A stretch of DNA of 64,000 bases from Granulicella sp. (GCA_027339965.1 DAHWNL010000070.1:1-64000); one strand, 5' to 3'. Positions 30,399 to 41,377 are shown, numbered from the stretch's first letter. Program-made: numbers and translations. The notes: a model not told the origin generated them from the sequence alone.

Positions 30399-30624
30399 GT
30401 TTCCTCCAGTCCATCAAACTCCGTTGCTTGGATTGCTGCCTGAGTATACCCTTGAGAGCCAAATTTGCGTGGAGCGCAGGCCGCGGGCGGGTCCGGGGGG
30501 AGCAGGGACGCGGGGTGGAAACTGTCCGGCCGCGAAGTATCTGACGCAGGATGATTGAGCAGATTCCAGGAGTAACCGGAAGACGAAGTCCCGCTGAGGG
30601 CTCCATCCGCAGTATTTTAACAAG

Positions 30625-31359
30625 ATGATCTCGTCTTCCATGCGTATTCGCCTGCTGGCCTTCGGTCCCCTCGGTTCGCTGTTTCCCGGCGGTGGGGCGT
30701 GGCGCGAAGTTGCTCTGGGCGCCTCAGTGGCCGACGTGCTCACGGCTTTGTGCAGCGAGGGGTCATTGGACCGGGCTGCGCTGGGCAGCGTGGCCGTTGC
30801 GGTTAACCAGGAGTACAGCCGGCGCTCGCGCGAGCTGAAGGATGGGGACGAGGTTGCCATCCTTCCTCCGGTCAGCGGAGGAAGGGATGATGTGTCTCTG
30901 GGTGCCGGCAAGCATCCTTCACTCGCTCTGGTGCGTGGTCCGATCGACGGCGCAAGTATCGAGACGGCGCTGAAGACCGGCGCTGACGGCGCTCTGTGCG
31001 TCTTCGATGGCATCGTTCGCGATAACTCGCGTGGCCGCAGCACGCTGTACCTGGAGTACGAGGCCTATGAGGAGATGGCCCTGGGGCAGATCCAACTACT
31101 GCGTGCAGAAGCCATCCAGCGCTTCGGCGCGCGCGAGGCATCCATTGTCCATCGGTTGGGCCGCGTCGAGGTCGGAGAGACCAGTGTTTTCATCGCAGTC
31201 GCCTCTGCGCATCGTGCGGCCGCCTTCGATGCCTGCCGTTGGATCATCGATACCTTGAAGAAGACTGTGCCGATCTGGAAGCGCGAGTACTTTGTCGATG
31301 GCGCGGTCTGGGCTGATGGCGAGCCGTTTCCTGATGGCCTGGGCCAAAACATGAGATAA
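30625..31359 (+). CDS. Molybdopterin synthase MoaD-MoaE fusion
   Basis: MoaD: VAVNQEY...DGDEVAILPPVSGG; MoaE: FDGIVR, LEYEAY, HRLG, HRAAAF, PIWKRE. Confidence 0.9.
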   Translation: MISSSMRIRLLAFGPLGSLFPGGGAWREVALGASVADVLTALCSEGSLDRAALGSVAVAVNQEYSRRSRELKDGDEVAILPPVSGGRDDVSLGAGKHPSLALVRGPIDGASIETALKTGADGALCVFDGIVRDNSRGRSTLYLEYEAYEEMALGQIQLLRAEAIQRFGAREASIVHRLGRVEVGETSVFIAVASAHRAAAFDACRWIIDTLKKTVPIWKREYFVDGAVWADGEPFPDGLGQNMR

Positions 31360-31598
31360 CGCCGAGGCTGGGCAGCGTTGCGCCTGTGGGCGAGGTTGTG
31401 TCCGGGCTTGTCGACTGGGCCGGCGTGAGGCTTGCCGCGGCATCTACAAGCTATGGCCCAGCGCGAGTTCAGGTCCAGGATGCAGAGCAAGCGGAGTTTA
31501 GCAGCCAGGCTGGATTGCGGCTTGTCCGGTTCGACGGCCTACGCTTTCAACGCGGATGAGGCGAGACATCCCCAAGGCGCTAACCGTACAATCAAAGC

Positions 31599-31925
31599 AT
31601 GACGACGAAGCGTCACAAAGGACCGCCTGCCGGAGAGACTGGACAGGAGGCTCTGTACCTCAAATCGCTCAGTGAGCGCCAGGTTCCGGTGAGCATCAAG
31701 CTTCGCGACGGCGAGGTCGTGAGCGGATGGATTGAGTACTTTGACGACAAGATGGTTCGCCTGACACGGGAGGGCAAGCCAAACCTTTTCATCTACAAAA
31801 CGCAGATTCGGACCATCACAGAGGGTGGAGGTCCCCGTGCAAGCAACTTTACGATCCGTCCAGGCCGTCGCGGCTCAAGTTCCAGTGCGCCGTCGCCGGG
31901 CCAGCGGCCGGGCCTGACATCATGA
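31599..31925 (+). CDS. Divergent Hfq/Sm-like protein
   Basis: QEALYLKSL..RQVPVSIKLRDG..VSGWIEYFD...LFIYKTQIRTI follows the Hfq Sm1/Sm2 layout. Confidence 0.75.
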   Translation: MTTKRHKGPPAGETGQEALYLKSLSERQVPVSIKLRDGEVVSGWIEYFDDKMVRLTREGKPNLFIYKTQIRTITEGGGPRASNFTIRPGRRGSSSSAPSPGQRPGLTS

Positions 31926-32791
31926 TGCAGCTCCTTTCCACCGCCGAATCCATCGCTCGGGAGGCAGGCGCGCTGCTGCGCGGCTTTTATCATCGCGGTG
32001 TCCGCACCGAATACAAGGGCGAGGTTGATCTGGTGACCGAAGCTGACCGGGCCAGCGAAGCCTTGATCGTTGACCGGCTGCGCGCGGCCTTTCCCAGCCA
32101 CGGCATCTACGGCGAAGAGGGAACGCGCGAGGGACTGGAGTGCGAGTATCGCTGGTATGTGGATCCGCTGGATGGCACCACCAACTTTGCGCATGGTTTT
32201 CCGGTCTTCTGCGTCGTGCTGGGTTGCGAGTATCGGCGGCCAGGACTGCTTGCCGAGGAAGATGGAGAGATGGCCGCGGGAGTCATTTACGACCCTCTGC
32301 GGGATGAGATGTTTTCCGCCTTGCGCGGAGGAGGAGCGACGCTAAACGGCGAGCCTGTTCACGTCTCCCGGGTCCGTTCGCTGGCTGAGTCGCTGATTGC
32401 CACAGGTTTTCCCAGCAAGAAGCGGCACAACAGCCCCAATGTGCATTTCTACCAGGAGTTCACGCTGCGCTCCCATGGGGTGCGCCGGGCTGGATCGGCG
32501 GCGCTAGACCTGGCTTACATCGCCTGTGGACGCCTGGATGGATACTGGGAGTTCCAGCTCAATCCCTGGGATACTTCGGCAGGGTATCTTCTGGTGGAAG
32601 AGGCTGGGGGCAAGGTGACGCGTTTTGACGGCAGCAAGTTCGCGTTGGACAGCCGCGAGATTCTGGCTTCCAATGGCCTGCTCCATCCCCCCATGCAAGA
32701 GCTCTTTGGCGATATGTTTGCCGGCCGCAACCTGGCGCCGATCCTTACCCCGGCGGAGTTTGCCGCGCGCCGCGCCGCCCATACGCTGTAA
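31922..32791 (+). CDS. suhB: Inositol monophosphatase family protein (SuhB-like)
   Basis: DLVTEAD, GEE, WYVDPLDGTTNFAHG, RRAGSAALDL, WDTSAG. Confidence 0.9.
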   Translation: MMQLLSTAESIAREAGALLRGFYHRGVRTEYKGEVDLVTEADRASEALIVDRLRAAFPSHGIYGEEGTREGLECEYRWYVDPLDGTTNFAHGFPVFCVVLGCEYRRPGLLAEEDGEMAAGVIYDPLRDEMFSALRGGGATLNGEPVHVSRVRSLAESLIATGFPSKKRHNSPNVHFYQEFTLRSHGVRRAGSAALDLAYIACGRLDGYWEFQLNPWDTSAGYLLVEEAGGKVTRFDGSKFALDSREILASNGLLHPPMQELFGDMFAGRNLAPILTPAEFAARRAAHTL

Positions 32792-32947
32792 GGCCAGTTC
32801 AAGGGAAGGCCAGAGCAGGTTGACCTGGCCGGTGGAACGATTACCCGGATTTTGGCGTTGTTCTTCGGAGTTCACTGCAAGGTCCAGTCAAATTGGGTAA
32901 TATATCGGTGAAGTTGTGATTCAAGGCAGCATCAAGGAGAAATTGAG

Positions 32948-33208
32948 ATGGCGGATGTAATTGCGGAACCCTGTATCGGCACCAAGGATCGTGCCTGCGT
33001 GGACGCTTGTCCGGTCGATTGTATTCATCCCAAGGCTGGTGAGCCCGGAGCGGACACCGACGATCAGCTCTTTATTGATCCAGCCGAGTGCATCGACTGC
33101 GGCGCCTGTGTCCCGGTCTGCCCGGTTTCCGCAATCTTCGGCAGCGACGATCTTCCCGAGAAGTGGGAGAGCTTCCGGGAGAAGAACGCTGCCCACTACG
33201 GCCGCTAG
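32948..33208 (+). CDS. Dicluster (7Fe/8Fe) ferredoxin
   Basis: CIGTKDRACVDACPVDCI and CIDCGACVPVCPV; AAGGAG SD. Confidence 0.93.
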   Translation: MADVIAEPCIGTKDRACVDACPVDCIHPKAGEPGADTDDQLFIDPAECIDCGACVPVCPVSAIFGSDDLPEKWESFREKNAAHYGR

Positions 33209-33342
33209 TCCAGGTTCTCTGCGAGTGGAGTCATCTCCTGGCCAGCCGTCCGGAGTTGACGCAAAGGCAGGATAGACCGCTTGGTAACGCTCCTCTGAGC
33301 GTCATGACTCTCCTGGACGCCCGCCAAAGGATGGCTCCAGAT

Positions 33343-33382
33343 CAAAGCAAAGCGCGCAGCAGATGCTGTGCGCTTTGCTTTG
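33343..33382. terminator. Long hairpin between ferredoxin and recO
   Basis: CAAAGCAAAGCGCGCAGCA / TGCTGTGCGCTTTGCTTTG, about 18 bp with one G-U pair. Confidence 0.55.
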
Positions 33383-33557
33383 CGCGGCATCGCGTGGCGT
33401 GTAAGGTTGATCCAACCCGATCGGGAGTCTCACGAAGCCTGAATGATGGCTGGAGCATCGCGGGCCGGTTTCACGGTTTGGCCCGGTAGAGGTGGAATGG
33501 GTGCTTTGCAGAGGCGAAGCTCCCCGGGTCAGGCTCGATCCTCTACACTCACTCTTG

Positions 33558-34331
33558 ATGTCTTCAGGGCGCCAAATCTCGCATGAAGGGGAGGCGATTG
33601 TTCTCCGCACCTGGCCCTTCCGGGAGGCTGACCTGGTGGTTTCGCTCTTTACCCGCAACCAGGGCAAGGTAAAGGGTGTCGCGCGCCACGCTCTCAGCTC
33701 ACGCAAGCGCTTTGGCGGGGCGCTGGAGCCGGCTACGCAGGTTCGCGCCTATTACATGGAGCGCCCCCATCAGGATCTGGTGCAGCTCAATCAGTTCGAG
33801 ATTCTGTGGTCGCCGCTTCGCTGGCCGATCAGCGCTGCGCGTCTGGCTGCGCTTCAATTGGTCACTGAGGTGTTGGAAGAGGCGCTCCCGGAGCAGGCCC
33901 CGGAGGACAACATCTTTCGCCTGGCATTGACCACACTGAAGTCCATCCAGACGGAGCCTTTGCTAGGAGAGGTGCGGCTGCCGGTCACCTACTACTGCCT
34001 GTGGATGAACCGTCTGCTGGGCTGGATGCCGGAGCTGAAGAGATGCGCGGTGTGCCGGGCGGATCTGCGCGACCATGCTAGTTATTGGTGCGCGACCCGC
34101 GACGGGGTCACTTGCCATGACCATCGGCCTGCCAACGGGCGTGCTCTCGGCTTGGCATCTGCCGCTGGAGCCGAGTTGATTCTGCGCCATCCGTTGACCG
34201 ATTTATTGCGGGAAGAGGCTCGGACCCTGATCTGCCCGGAGGGACTGCTGATCTTTGCGATCGCGACCTTGGAGCGCCACCTGGAGCGCCGTCTGCGCAG
34301 TGCTGCAGCACTGACCATGGCGGCGATTTAG
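33558..34331 (+). CDS. recO: DNA repair protein RecO
   Basis: EAIVLRTWPFREADLVVSLFTR..GKVKGVA, RFGGALEP, Zn finger CAVC...C..H. Confidence 0.9.
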   Translation: MSSGRQISHEGEAIVLRTWPFREADLVVSLFTRNQGKVKGVARHALSSRKRFGGALEPATQVRAYYMERPHQDLVQLNQFEILWSPLRWPISAARLAALQLVTEVLEEALPEQAPEDNIFRLALTTLKSIQTEPLLGEVRLPVTYYCLWMNRLLGWMPELKRCAVCRADLRDHASYWCATRDGVTCHDHRPANGRALGLASAAGAELILRHPLTDLLREEARTLICPEGLLIFAIATLERHLERRLRSAAALTMAAI

Positions 34332-34340
34332 AATCATTCC

Positions 34341-35360
34341 ATGCCCTCGGTTGTTGCGAACCATCCCCTTACGTTTCAGGAGTTGCTCTTTAGCTTGCAG
34401 CGCTTCTGGTCCGAGCATGGCTGCGTCTTGCAGCAGCCTTATGATCTGGAGGTCGGCGCCGGCACCATGTCGCCGGACACTTTTCTGCGCGTGTTGGGGC
34501 CGGAGCCCATCCATATCGCCTACGCTCAGCCCTCCCGCCGCCCCGCCGATGGCCGCTATGGGGAAAATCCCAACCGGCTGTTCCGGCATACGCAACTGCA
34601 GGTGATCCTGAAGCCGCCACCGGAGAACGTCCAGGAGCTCTACCTGCAATCGCTGGAGGCGATCGGCATCGACCTTGCCCAACACGACATCAAGTTCGAA
34701 GAGGATAATTGGGAGTGGCCGGTCGGAGGCGCCTGGGGCGTTGGCTGGCAGGTGATGCTGGACGGCCAGGAGATCACCCAGTTCACTTACTTTCAGCAGT
34801 GCGGCGGCATGGACCTTGATCCTATCTCCGGCGAGATCACTTATGGGCTGGAACGCATCGCCCAGTTCCTGCAGGATCTGGACAGCATCTACGATATCGT
34901 CTGGCTGCGAGACCCGGTGAACGGCCGCGAACTCACCTATGGCCAGGTGCGTTTGCACGAGGAGCAGCAGTTCTCTGCCTACAGCTTTGACTATGCGGAC
35001 ATCCCCAGTCTGTGGCAACACCTGGACCTTTACGAGGCGGAGTGCAAGGCGCTGCTGGAGCGCGCCGGGACCACTCTGGATGAGAAGAGACTGGCCGCCA
35101 GCGCGAACCCCCGGTCGGATCGCCTGGCGGTTCTGCGCTTTCCTACCCTGGGCGCCTACGAGCTGGCGCTCAAGTGCTCGCATGCCTTCAATCTTCTGGA
35201 TGCCCGCGGCGCCATCTCGGTGACAGAGCGGGTCGGGGTGATGGCCCGGATTCGCAACCTGATCGTCGGGGTAGCCCGGATCTACGCCGAACAACAGCGT
35301 CTGAACCGAGTATTTGAGACTCCAACCGCCGCGCAGCCCGCGGCCCAGCCCGCTCAATGA
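34341..35360 (+). CDS. glyQ: Glycine-tRNA ligase alpha subunit
   Basis: [55 protein letters not shown]. Confidence 0.97.
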   Translation: MPSVVANHPLTFQELLFSLQRFWSEHGCVLQQPYDLEVGAGTMSPDTFLRVLGPEPIHIAYAQPSRRPADGRYGENPNRLFRHTQLQVILKPPPENVQELYLQSLEAIGIDLAQHDIKFEEDNWEWPVGGAWGVGWQVMLDGQEITQFTYFQQCGGMDLDPISGEITYGLERIAQFLQDLDSIYDIVWLRDPVNGRELTYGQVRLHEEQQFSAYSFDYADIPSLWQHLDLYEAECKALLERAGTTLDEKRLAASANPRSDRLAVLRFPTLGAYELALKCSHAFNLLDARGAISVTERVGVMARIRNLIVGVARIYAEQQRLNRVFETPTAAQPAAQPAQ

Positions 35361-35493
35361 CACGCCGGGTCATGGAGCCCGGCGCGAGCGATCCAGCGCT
35401 GTGGCTCGGGGTGATTCCATAGCGCCCGCCGTGCCATCGGCTGTGGCCCAAGCATGAGACGCGCCCAACTTTTACCTAGACTTCAGGAAACCG

Positions 35494-37611
35494 ATGCCAG
35501 ACCTTTTATTCGAGATTGGATTAGAAGAAGTTCCCGCCCGCATGATCGCCTCCGCCCAGGCTGAGTTGCTCAGGCGCACCCTGGCTCTTTTGGCTCGCGA
35601 GCATTTGCTGGGTGGGAGCGATGCGGAGGCTCCGGCTTCTGACCCCGCGGGGCGGTCTTACTCAACGCCCCGCCGTCTGGCCGTGCTGGTCCAGGATGTT
35701 CTGGCGCAGCAGCCGGATTTCACCGAGGAGATCACCGGCCCCGCGGTCAATATCGCCTTCAAGGATGGCAAGCCCACGGCGGCGGCCGAGGCCTTCGCTC
35801 GCAAATCTGGAGTTTCGGTTGCGGATCTGAAGACCATCACGACACCCAAGGGCGAGTATCTGACGGCGGCAATCACCCGTAAGGGACGCAGCGCGGCGGA
35901 GGTTCTGGCCGTCGAGCTTCCCCGCGAGATCGCCGCTCTTTATTGGGCCAAGAACATGTACTGGCGGCCGGGTAAGCCCGAGCGCTTTGTCCGTCCCGTG
36001 CTGTGGCTGGTCTGTCTGCTGGGCGAAGAGATTGTTCCGGTGGAATTTGCCGGTCGCCGCGCCGGCCGGGTCACTTACGGCCACCGCGTCTTGCACGGGG
36101 AGGTCCCCGTGGTGATTGGTGCGCCGGCGACTTATGTCTCGCAGATGGAGTCGGCCTTTGTCTTCGTGGATGTCGAGGTGCGGCGGCAGAGGATTCGCAA
36201 GGCCCTGGACCGGGCAACGCGAGCGGTTCCGGCCATTGGGGGCGCTCGTTGGCGCGAGGATGAGGCGCTGGTGGACGCGGTGACCCACCTCTGCGAGTGG
36301 CCGGACGTACTGACGGGAAACTTCGAGCCCGCCTACCTCTCCCTTCCGGAGGAGGTTCTGGTGACCGTCATGCGCGATCATCAGAAGTACTTTGCCATCG
36401 AAGGCGGAGACGGCAAGCTGACTGCGCACTTCCTGGCGGTGACCAATATCGCGCTGACTGAAGGAAATGCTCCGATCATCCGCCAGGGCAACGAGCGGGT
36501 GCTGCGGGCGAGGTTCAACGACGCGTGGTTTTTCTGGGAGTTCGACCAGCGCACTCCGCTTGCGGATCGAGTCGCTCTGCTGGCAAATGTAACGTTTCAG
36601 AAGGATCTGGGCAGCTATGCCAAGAAGTCCGAGCGCGTGCGGGCACTGGCAGCGGCGCTGATCGAGGTGGCTAAAATCGGCGCTCCGGCGCTGGATGCCG
36701 AGGCCGTCGATGAGGCAGCGCTGTTGGCCAAGACCGATCTGACCACCGAGCTGGTGAAGGAGTTCACCGAGCTGCAGGGCATCATCGGCGGCCTTTATGC
36801 AGCTTCGCAGGGGCTGAGCTCCACCGTAGCCCATGCGATCTACGACCAGTACCTGCCAGCCTCGGCGGGTGACGCCATTCCTCGCTCCGCGGAGGGTTGC
36901 ATTCTTGGCCTGGCGGATCGCATGGACACCATCTCCAACATGTTCGCGCTCGGCATGGAGCCGAGCGGTTCCAAGGATCCCTTTGCTCTGCGCCGGGCGG
37001 GCAACGCCGTGGTGAGGATCCTGGCGGAGGCCAACCTTTGGCTGAGCCTCAAGGATCTTCTGACGGCTTCGGCTCCCGGGGAAGAACTGCGGGCTCGCCT
37101 GCTGGCATTCTTCACGGAGCGCATCGAGTTCTACCTGCGCGAGGTGCGAGGTCAGGCCTACGATGTGGTGCAAGCGGCGATGGCGGCGGGAGTGGGCGAT
37201 CTTCGCGATCTTTGCGCCCGTTCCCAGGCGGTGAGCGAGGCTCGTGGCAGCGAGGACTTTCTGGCCGTGAGCGCCGCCTTCAAGCGCATGAAGAATATTC
37301 TTGCCCAGGCAGAGTTCGCCCCTTCGCGGACCGGGGAGCACAACTATGATCGCGGCACGCCCGAGGGCGACCTGCAGATCAAGTATGGAGAGGTGCTGAG
37401 CATCGTTGGCCGATGCCGCCAATTCCAGGACTATCGCAAGGCGCTGGAGGCGATCGCCACGATTCGGCCCCAGGTCGATGCGTTCTTCGAGAAGGTGATG
37501 GTGATGGACCCCAACCCCGAGATCCGTGAGCAACGCCTGTCACTGCTTGCGAAGATCGTCGGAGGTCTGGGCGCGATCGCCGACTTTTCCAAGATTGTCA
37601 CGGCAGGCTGA
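35494..37611 (+). CDS. glyS: Glycine-tRNA ligase beta subunit
   Basis: FEIGLEEVPA, TPRRLA, FVRPV, HQKYF, EFTELQG, GSKDPFALRR. Confidence 0.97.
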   Translation: MPDLLFEIGLEEVPARMIASAQAELLRRTLALLAREHLLGGSDAEAPASDPAGRSYSTPRRLAVLVQDVLAQQPDFTEEITGPAVNIAFKDGKPTAAAEAFARKSGVSVADLKTITTPKGEYLTAAITRKGRSAAEVLAVELPREIAALYWAKNMYWRPGKPERFVRPVLWLVCLLGEEIVPVEFAGRRAGRVTYGHRVLHGEVPVVIGAPATYVSQMESAFVFVDVEVRRQRIRKALDRATRAVPAIGGARWREDEALVDAVTHLCEWPDVLTGNFEPAYLSLPEEVLVTVMRDHQKYFAIEGGDGKLTAHFLAVTNIALTEGNAPIIRQGNERVLRARFNDAWFFWEFDQRTPLADRVALLANVTFQKDLGSYAKKSERVRALAAALIEVAKIGAPALDAEAVDEAALLAKTDLTTELVKEFTELQGIIGGLYAASQGLSSTVAHAIYDQYLPASAGDAIPRSAEGCILGLADRMDTISNMFALGMEPSGSKDPFALRRAGNAVVRILAEANLWLSLKDLLTASAPGEELRARLLAFFTERIEFYLREVRGQAYDVVQAAMAAGVGDLRDLCARSQAVSEARGSEDFLAVSAAFKRMKNILAQAEFAPSRTGEHNYDRGTPEGDLQIKYGEVLSIVGRCRQFQDYRKALEAIATIRPQVDAFFEKVMVMDPNPEIREQRLSLLAKIVGGLGAIADFSKIVTAG

Positions 37612-37751
37612 CAGGGCTTCCAGCCCGTCAGGCCTCCGTTTTGGCAGTCTTCGATTTGCGCCCCATGGGCACAGGCCTTGCATCCATGTGTCCGCCGGTT
37701 CACTGCAAATCCTGGTAGCTGGCGCAACGCGATGGAGCGAAGGGATGGTCG

Positions 37752-38444
37752 TCAGTTCAGCCGCTGCAGCCGAGCGACCAGCTTTTCGGCCAGCGGTTCG
37801 CCGCTCTCGGTCCACAGCAGACGGCTGGAGATGCCGCAGTGCTTCTCCACGCTCAGGGTAAACGCGAGCAGCTTCTCCACGTTCTGCCGGATACGCTCCG
37901 CCGCGTCCTGGCCTAGGGATTGGTCTTCCAGGGTCCAGGGGGTGTCCAGCCCAAAGTCCACCCGGATATGGCCGTTCTGGTCATAGCTGGCGGCGTCGAA
38001 CTCGGGTCCGAAGCCGGTGATCTTCACCCGCACTGGCTCCAGCCGCCAAGTAGCGTTCAGGCCGCCGGACGGCATCCACAGCAACCAGCACATCTCAAAC
38101 TCAAAGGCCATGTCCTCATGGAGCTGCGCTGTGGCTTCGGTAACGGCGTTTTCAATGATGGAACCGTCGGTATCAGCGGACGGCTGTGCGCGCTCATCAT
38201 TGACGTAGATGCGTTGGAAGGTAGGCGACTCAGTCCAATCGATCGGATAGGCGCTGGCAGCCAGGATGCGCCCCAATGGAGCTGGTGCGGAGTTCTCGCC
38301 GGAAGCGGGCTGGTCTTGCTTGAGGGCGGCCTGATCCGCCTTGGCGATCCGGGCGAACTGTCGCAGGAGTCCGATGAGCGCTGCGGGCAGGGCCTCAAGA
38401 CGAAAGTTCGGATACCAGAGACTGAGGTAGAGCTGATCGGCCAT
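37752..38444 (-). CDS. Hypothetical protein
   Basis: 230-aa ORF with protein-like composition filling the glyS-lpt gap; TAGAAT 6 nt upstream of ATG. Confidence 0.7.
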   Translation of the reverse strand: MADQLYLSLWYPNFRLEALPAALIGLLRQFARIAKADQAALKQDQPASGENSAPAPLGRILAASAYPIDWTESPTFQRIYVNDERAQPSADTDGSIIENAVTEATAQLHEDMAFEFEMCWLLWMPSGGLNATWRLEPVRVKITGFGPEFDAASYDQNGHIRVDFGLDTPWTLEDQSLGQDAAERIRQNVEKLLAFTLSVEKHCGISSRLLWTESGEPLAEKLVARLQRLN

Positions 38445-38581
38445 AGCTTGATTCTAGCGGCCCGAAGCGGCCTGGGATCCAGTTCGTATGGGACGATGGC
38501 CTGAGTTGGAGAGGAGTGAAACACAAGGAAGGCGGCAACGAAGGCGCGCGTTGGTCAATGAGAAGATAGGACAGGAAAGCC

Positions 38582-41377
38582 ATGCGGTTGTCGATCCAAA
38601 GATTTCGGTGGGTGCTCCTGGCGGGAGCGGTGGTCCTGGTCATCGTGCTGGCCGCGTTCATCGGCTACGGACGCTATCGCGCTTTGCAGGCCTATCGTCA
38701 GGTAATCGCCCGCTCCGGGGTTTCCATCACTCATGACTCCAACGGCGTCACCTACTCCCAGTCGGTGAGGGGCAGGCAGGTATTTACCTTGCGGGCCAGG
38801 ACGGAGAGCGATCTGGGTGCCGGCAAGTACGCTCTGCATGATGCTGAGCTGGTGCTGGACGATCACTCCGGCAAGCCAGCCGAACGCATCTCCGGATCCG
38901 AGATCGAATACGACCAGAATGAAGGTGTGGCCCGCGCCGCGGGTGAGGTCTATATCGACATCGAACCTCCCAAGGTGTTGACCAACAATGGGTCAAAGGC
39001 TGGGGGACCATCCAGCCCGGGGGGCAGCGCCAGTCAGCCAGCCGCGTTCAGCGACGCCACCCATGTGATCCATGTTCGTACCAGCGGCCTGGTCTATGTG
39101 CGCAATCTAGGCACCGCCTCCACCGCGCAGAAGGCCCAGTTTTCCTTTGGCCAGATGCGCTGCACCTCGCAGGGGGCGATCTTCAACGCCAACCGGAGCA
39201 CCCTGGATCTGCTCTCCAACGTCCGCCTGGACGGCCTCGCGCACGGTCATCCGCTTCATGTGACAGCCCTTCGGGCCAACCTGGACCGGAACACGAACAT
39301 TGCCCATCTGAGCCAGCCGGTCGTTACCTCTGAAGGACGCGCTGCCCGGGCTGACAGAGCCACTCTGTTTTTGCGCAAAGATGGTTCCCTCCAGCAGGTT
39401 CAGGGATTCGACCATGTGATTTTGACCAAGGGTACAGAGACGATTACGGCGAGTGGGCTGAGTGCCTGGCTCAGCCCGCAGTCGGTCGTACGGTCAGCTA
39501 GGCTCTCCGGCAAGGTCTTTTTTGTGGATACGAATCCTCAACTGCCGCGCCAGGGATCTGCCCAGGTTGTGGATGCCGTCTTTGACGCCAAGGGCTTACC
39601 CACCCGGGTGGTTGGCTCCGGCGCGGTAAAGCTCTCCGAGATCGACCGCAGTGTCAGCCCGCGCGGCCTGGGGCGCTCGGCCGCCGGCGAAAGGATGGTG
39701 GTTCTCTTTGCCCCCGCTGAAAAAGAGGCGAGTCACGGCTCCTCCGCTGGCCACAAATCCGCGCAGGTTCGGGAGATTGACGCCAGCGGCGCTGCTTCAG
39801 CCAGCGGGGAGTCATTCGCGGCCAGGCCGACCCATGGATCGAGTTCGATGGGTGCGTCTCCGCAGATCGGTGTGTCTCCGCAGATCAAGGACAGCCACAT
39901 CTGGGCCGATAGCCTCCGCTTGCTCTTCGTTACCCAGAATGGCCAGGCGGAGCCCAAATCGCTGCTTGGGACTGGGCATACGGTGCTGCGGCAAGATGCT
40001 CCGTTGGGAGCTCAGCAGATCAGCACGGGCGACACCTTGATGGTGGAGTTCGCTTCCGTTCCGCGGCCAGCCGGCAAAGTGGGAGCCAAGGTTGCAGCCG
40101 GTTCAGGAGCGAATTCAGGAGCCAAACCACGACCGGCTGAGACTGTCACCGTTGCCTTGGCTACGCAGAGCGGTCACGTGACCGTCCGCAACCGCGCTGC
40201 GGATACCAAGCCCAAGCCGAAGGCGGGCGCGCAGGCTAGCCAGGGCATGCAGCCGGGGGCGATCTCTACGGGATCGGCCCAGCGCGCCAGCTACTTGGGC
40301 GCCAAGAACACCCTCACGTTAAGTGGGGAAGCTCACCTGTACGACGCCAACGGCTCGATTACAGCGCCCACGATCTCCCTGGACCAGCAGACGGGCAATG
40401 CTGATGCCAGCGGAGGGGTTCAGGGAGCCTTCCAGAATGCTTCCTCTGCGGGGGCTGCGCAGGCCGGAGACACAGCGGCTTCCGGTGCGGCGTTACAGCC
40501 TGTGACTCATGTGCTCGCTTCTACGGCTCATTTTGATCATGTCGCGCAGTTGGCCACCTTCTATGGCAGCGACCAGGCGCCGGCGCGCATGTGGCAGCAG
40601 GCCTCACAGGTGCAAGCCGCGCGGCTGATCTTTGATGGCCGGCATCGAACCTTCAGTGCGCGGCCAGACCATGCCGGGGTGCTGATTCATGCGGTCTTTG
40701 CCTCGAACTCTACCACGCAAGGCCCTGCTCAGAGCCGGTCGGAGGCCGCCCACCCCAAGGCTTCCGCCTCCCCGACGCCTGGCGGCCCCCTCTCCCGGTC
40801 TGGAGATGCAGATCAGCGCGTTCCCGGCATCATGCGCGTCGCCAGCCCCAGAATGGACTACAACGATCTACAGCGGGAGGCCGTCTTCTCGGATGGGGTG
40901 ACGATCCGGAATGAGAGCGGTGAAGTTCGCGGAAGGCGCGCTGTGGTTTATCTTGTGCCGGCTACCAACCCCCATCACGCGGCACCGCCAGCATCTTCCT
41001 CATCTTCTGCGCGAAGGAGCATGGCCTCCGGTGCAGGATCAACGTCGTCTCTGGCTGTCCAGCCGAATCCATTCGGCAACTCAGTCGACCATGTTGTCGT
41101 CAGCGGCGCCGTGCAGGTGGAACAGCCGGGGCGTCATGGCACGGGAGAGCAACTGCTCTACACCGCCGCCCAAGGCACCTACCTGCTTACCGGGACTGCA
41201 GAGGTCCCACCCCGCATTGTGGATGCGCAGCAGGGAAACATCACCGGGACCAGTCTGCTCTTCGGGGATGCAGGTAGTACGATTGTGGTAGCTGGGAAAG
41301 CCAGTGGCGGCAAAGGAAAGGGAACACGCGTGCGCACGGAGACGAATGTGAGTTCGGGGAGAGAGGAGATGCAGTAA
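38582..41377 (+). CDS. Large LptC/LptA (OstA beta-jellyroll) family LPS transport protein
   Basis: N-terminal TM anchor; repeated beta-rich segments ([34 protein letters not shown]); immediately upstream of lptB. Confidence 0.75.
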   Translation: MRLSIQRFRWVLLAGAVVLVIVLAAFIGYGRYRALQAYRQVIARSGVSITHDSNGVTYSQSVRGRQVFTLRARTESDLGAGKYALHDAELVLDDHSGKPAERISGSEIEYDQNEGVARAAGEVYIDIEPPKVLTNNGSKAGGPSSPGGSASQPAAFSDATHVIHVRTSGLVYVRNLGTASTAQKAQFSFGQMRCTSQGAIFNANRSTLDLLSNVRLDGLAHGHPLHVTALRANLDRNTNIAHLSQPVVTSEGRAARADRATLFLRKDGSLQQVQGFDHVILTKGTETITASGLSAWLSPQSVVRSARLSGKVFFVDTNPQLPRQGSAQVVDAVFDAKGLPTRVVGSGAVKLSEIDRSVSPRGLGRSAAGERMVVLFAPAEKEASHGSSAGHKSAQVREIDASGAASASGESFAARPTHGSSSMGASPQIGVSPQIKDSHIWADSLRLLFVTQNGQAEPKSLLGTGHTVLRQDAPLGAQQISTGDTLMVEFASVPRPAGKVGAKVAAGSGANSGAKPRPAETVTVALATQSGHVTVRNRAADTKPKPKAGAQASQGMQPGAISTGSAQRASYLGAKNTLTLSGEAHLYDANGSITAPTISLDQQTGNADASGGVQGAFQNASSAGAAQAGDTAASGAALQPVTHVLASTAHFDHVAQLATFYGSDQAPARMWQQASQVQAARLIFDGRHRTFSARPDHAGVLIHAVFASNSTTQGPAQSRSEAAHPKASASPTPGGPLSRSGDADQRVPGIMRVASPRMDYNDLQREAVFSDGVTIRNESGEVRGRRAVVYLVPATNPHHAAPPASSSSSARRSMASGAGSTSSLAVQPNPFGNSVDHVVVSGAVQVEQPGRHGTGEQLLYTAAQGTYLLTGTAEVPPRIVDAQQGNITGTSLLFGDAGSTIVVAGKASGGKGKGTRVRTETNVSSGREEMQ

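Noticed and set aside
33255..33300. GACGCAAAG resembling the c-di-GMP-I riboswitch core
   Set aside because: Upstream GGCAAA and GNRA tetraloop elements are missing; kept only as a generic structured-RNA candidate
35662..37533. Long antisense ORFs (623 aa opposite glyS; also 34203-35363, 20294-21499, 24366-25505, 17549-18517, 52948-54042)
   Set aside because: Shadow frames of well-conserved genes in GC-rich DNA; no recognisable motifs
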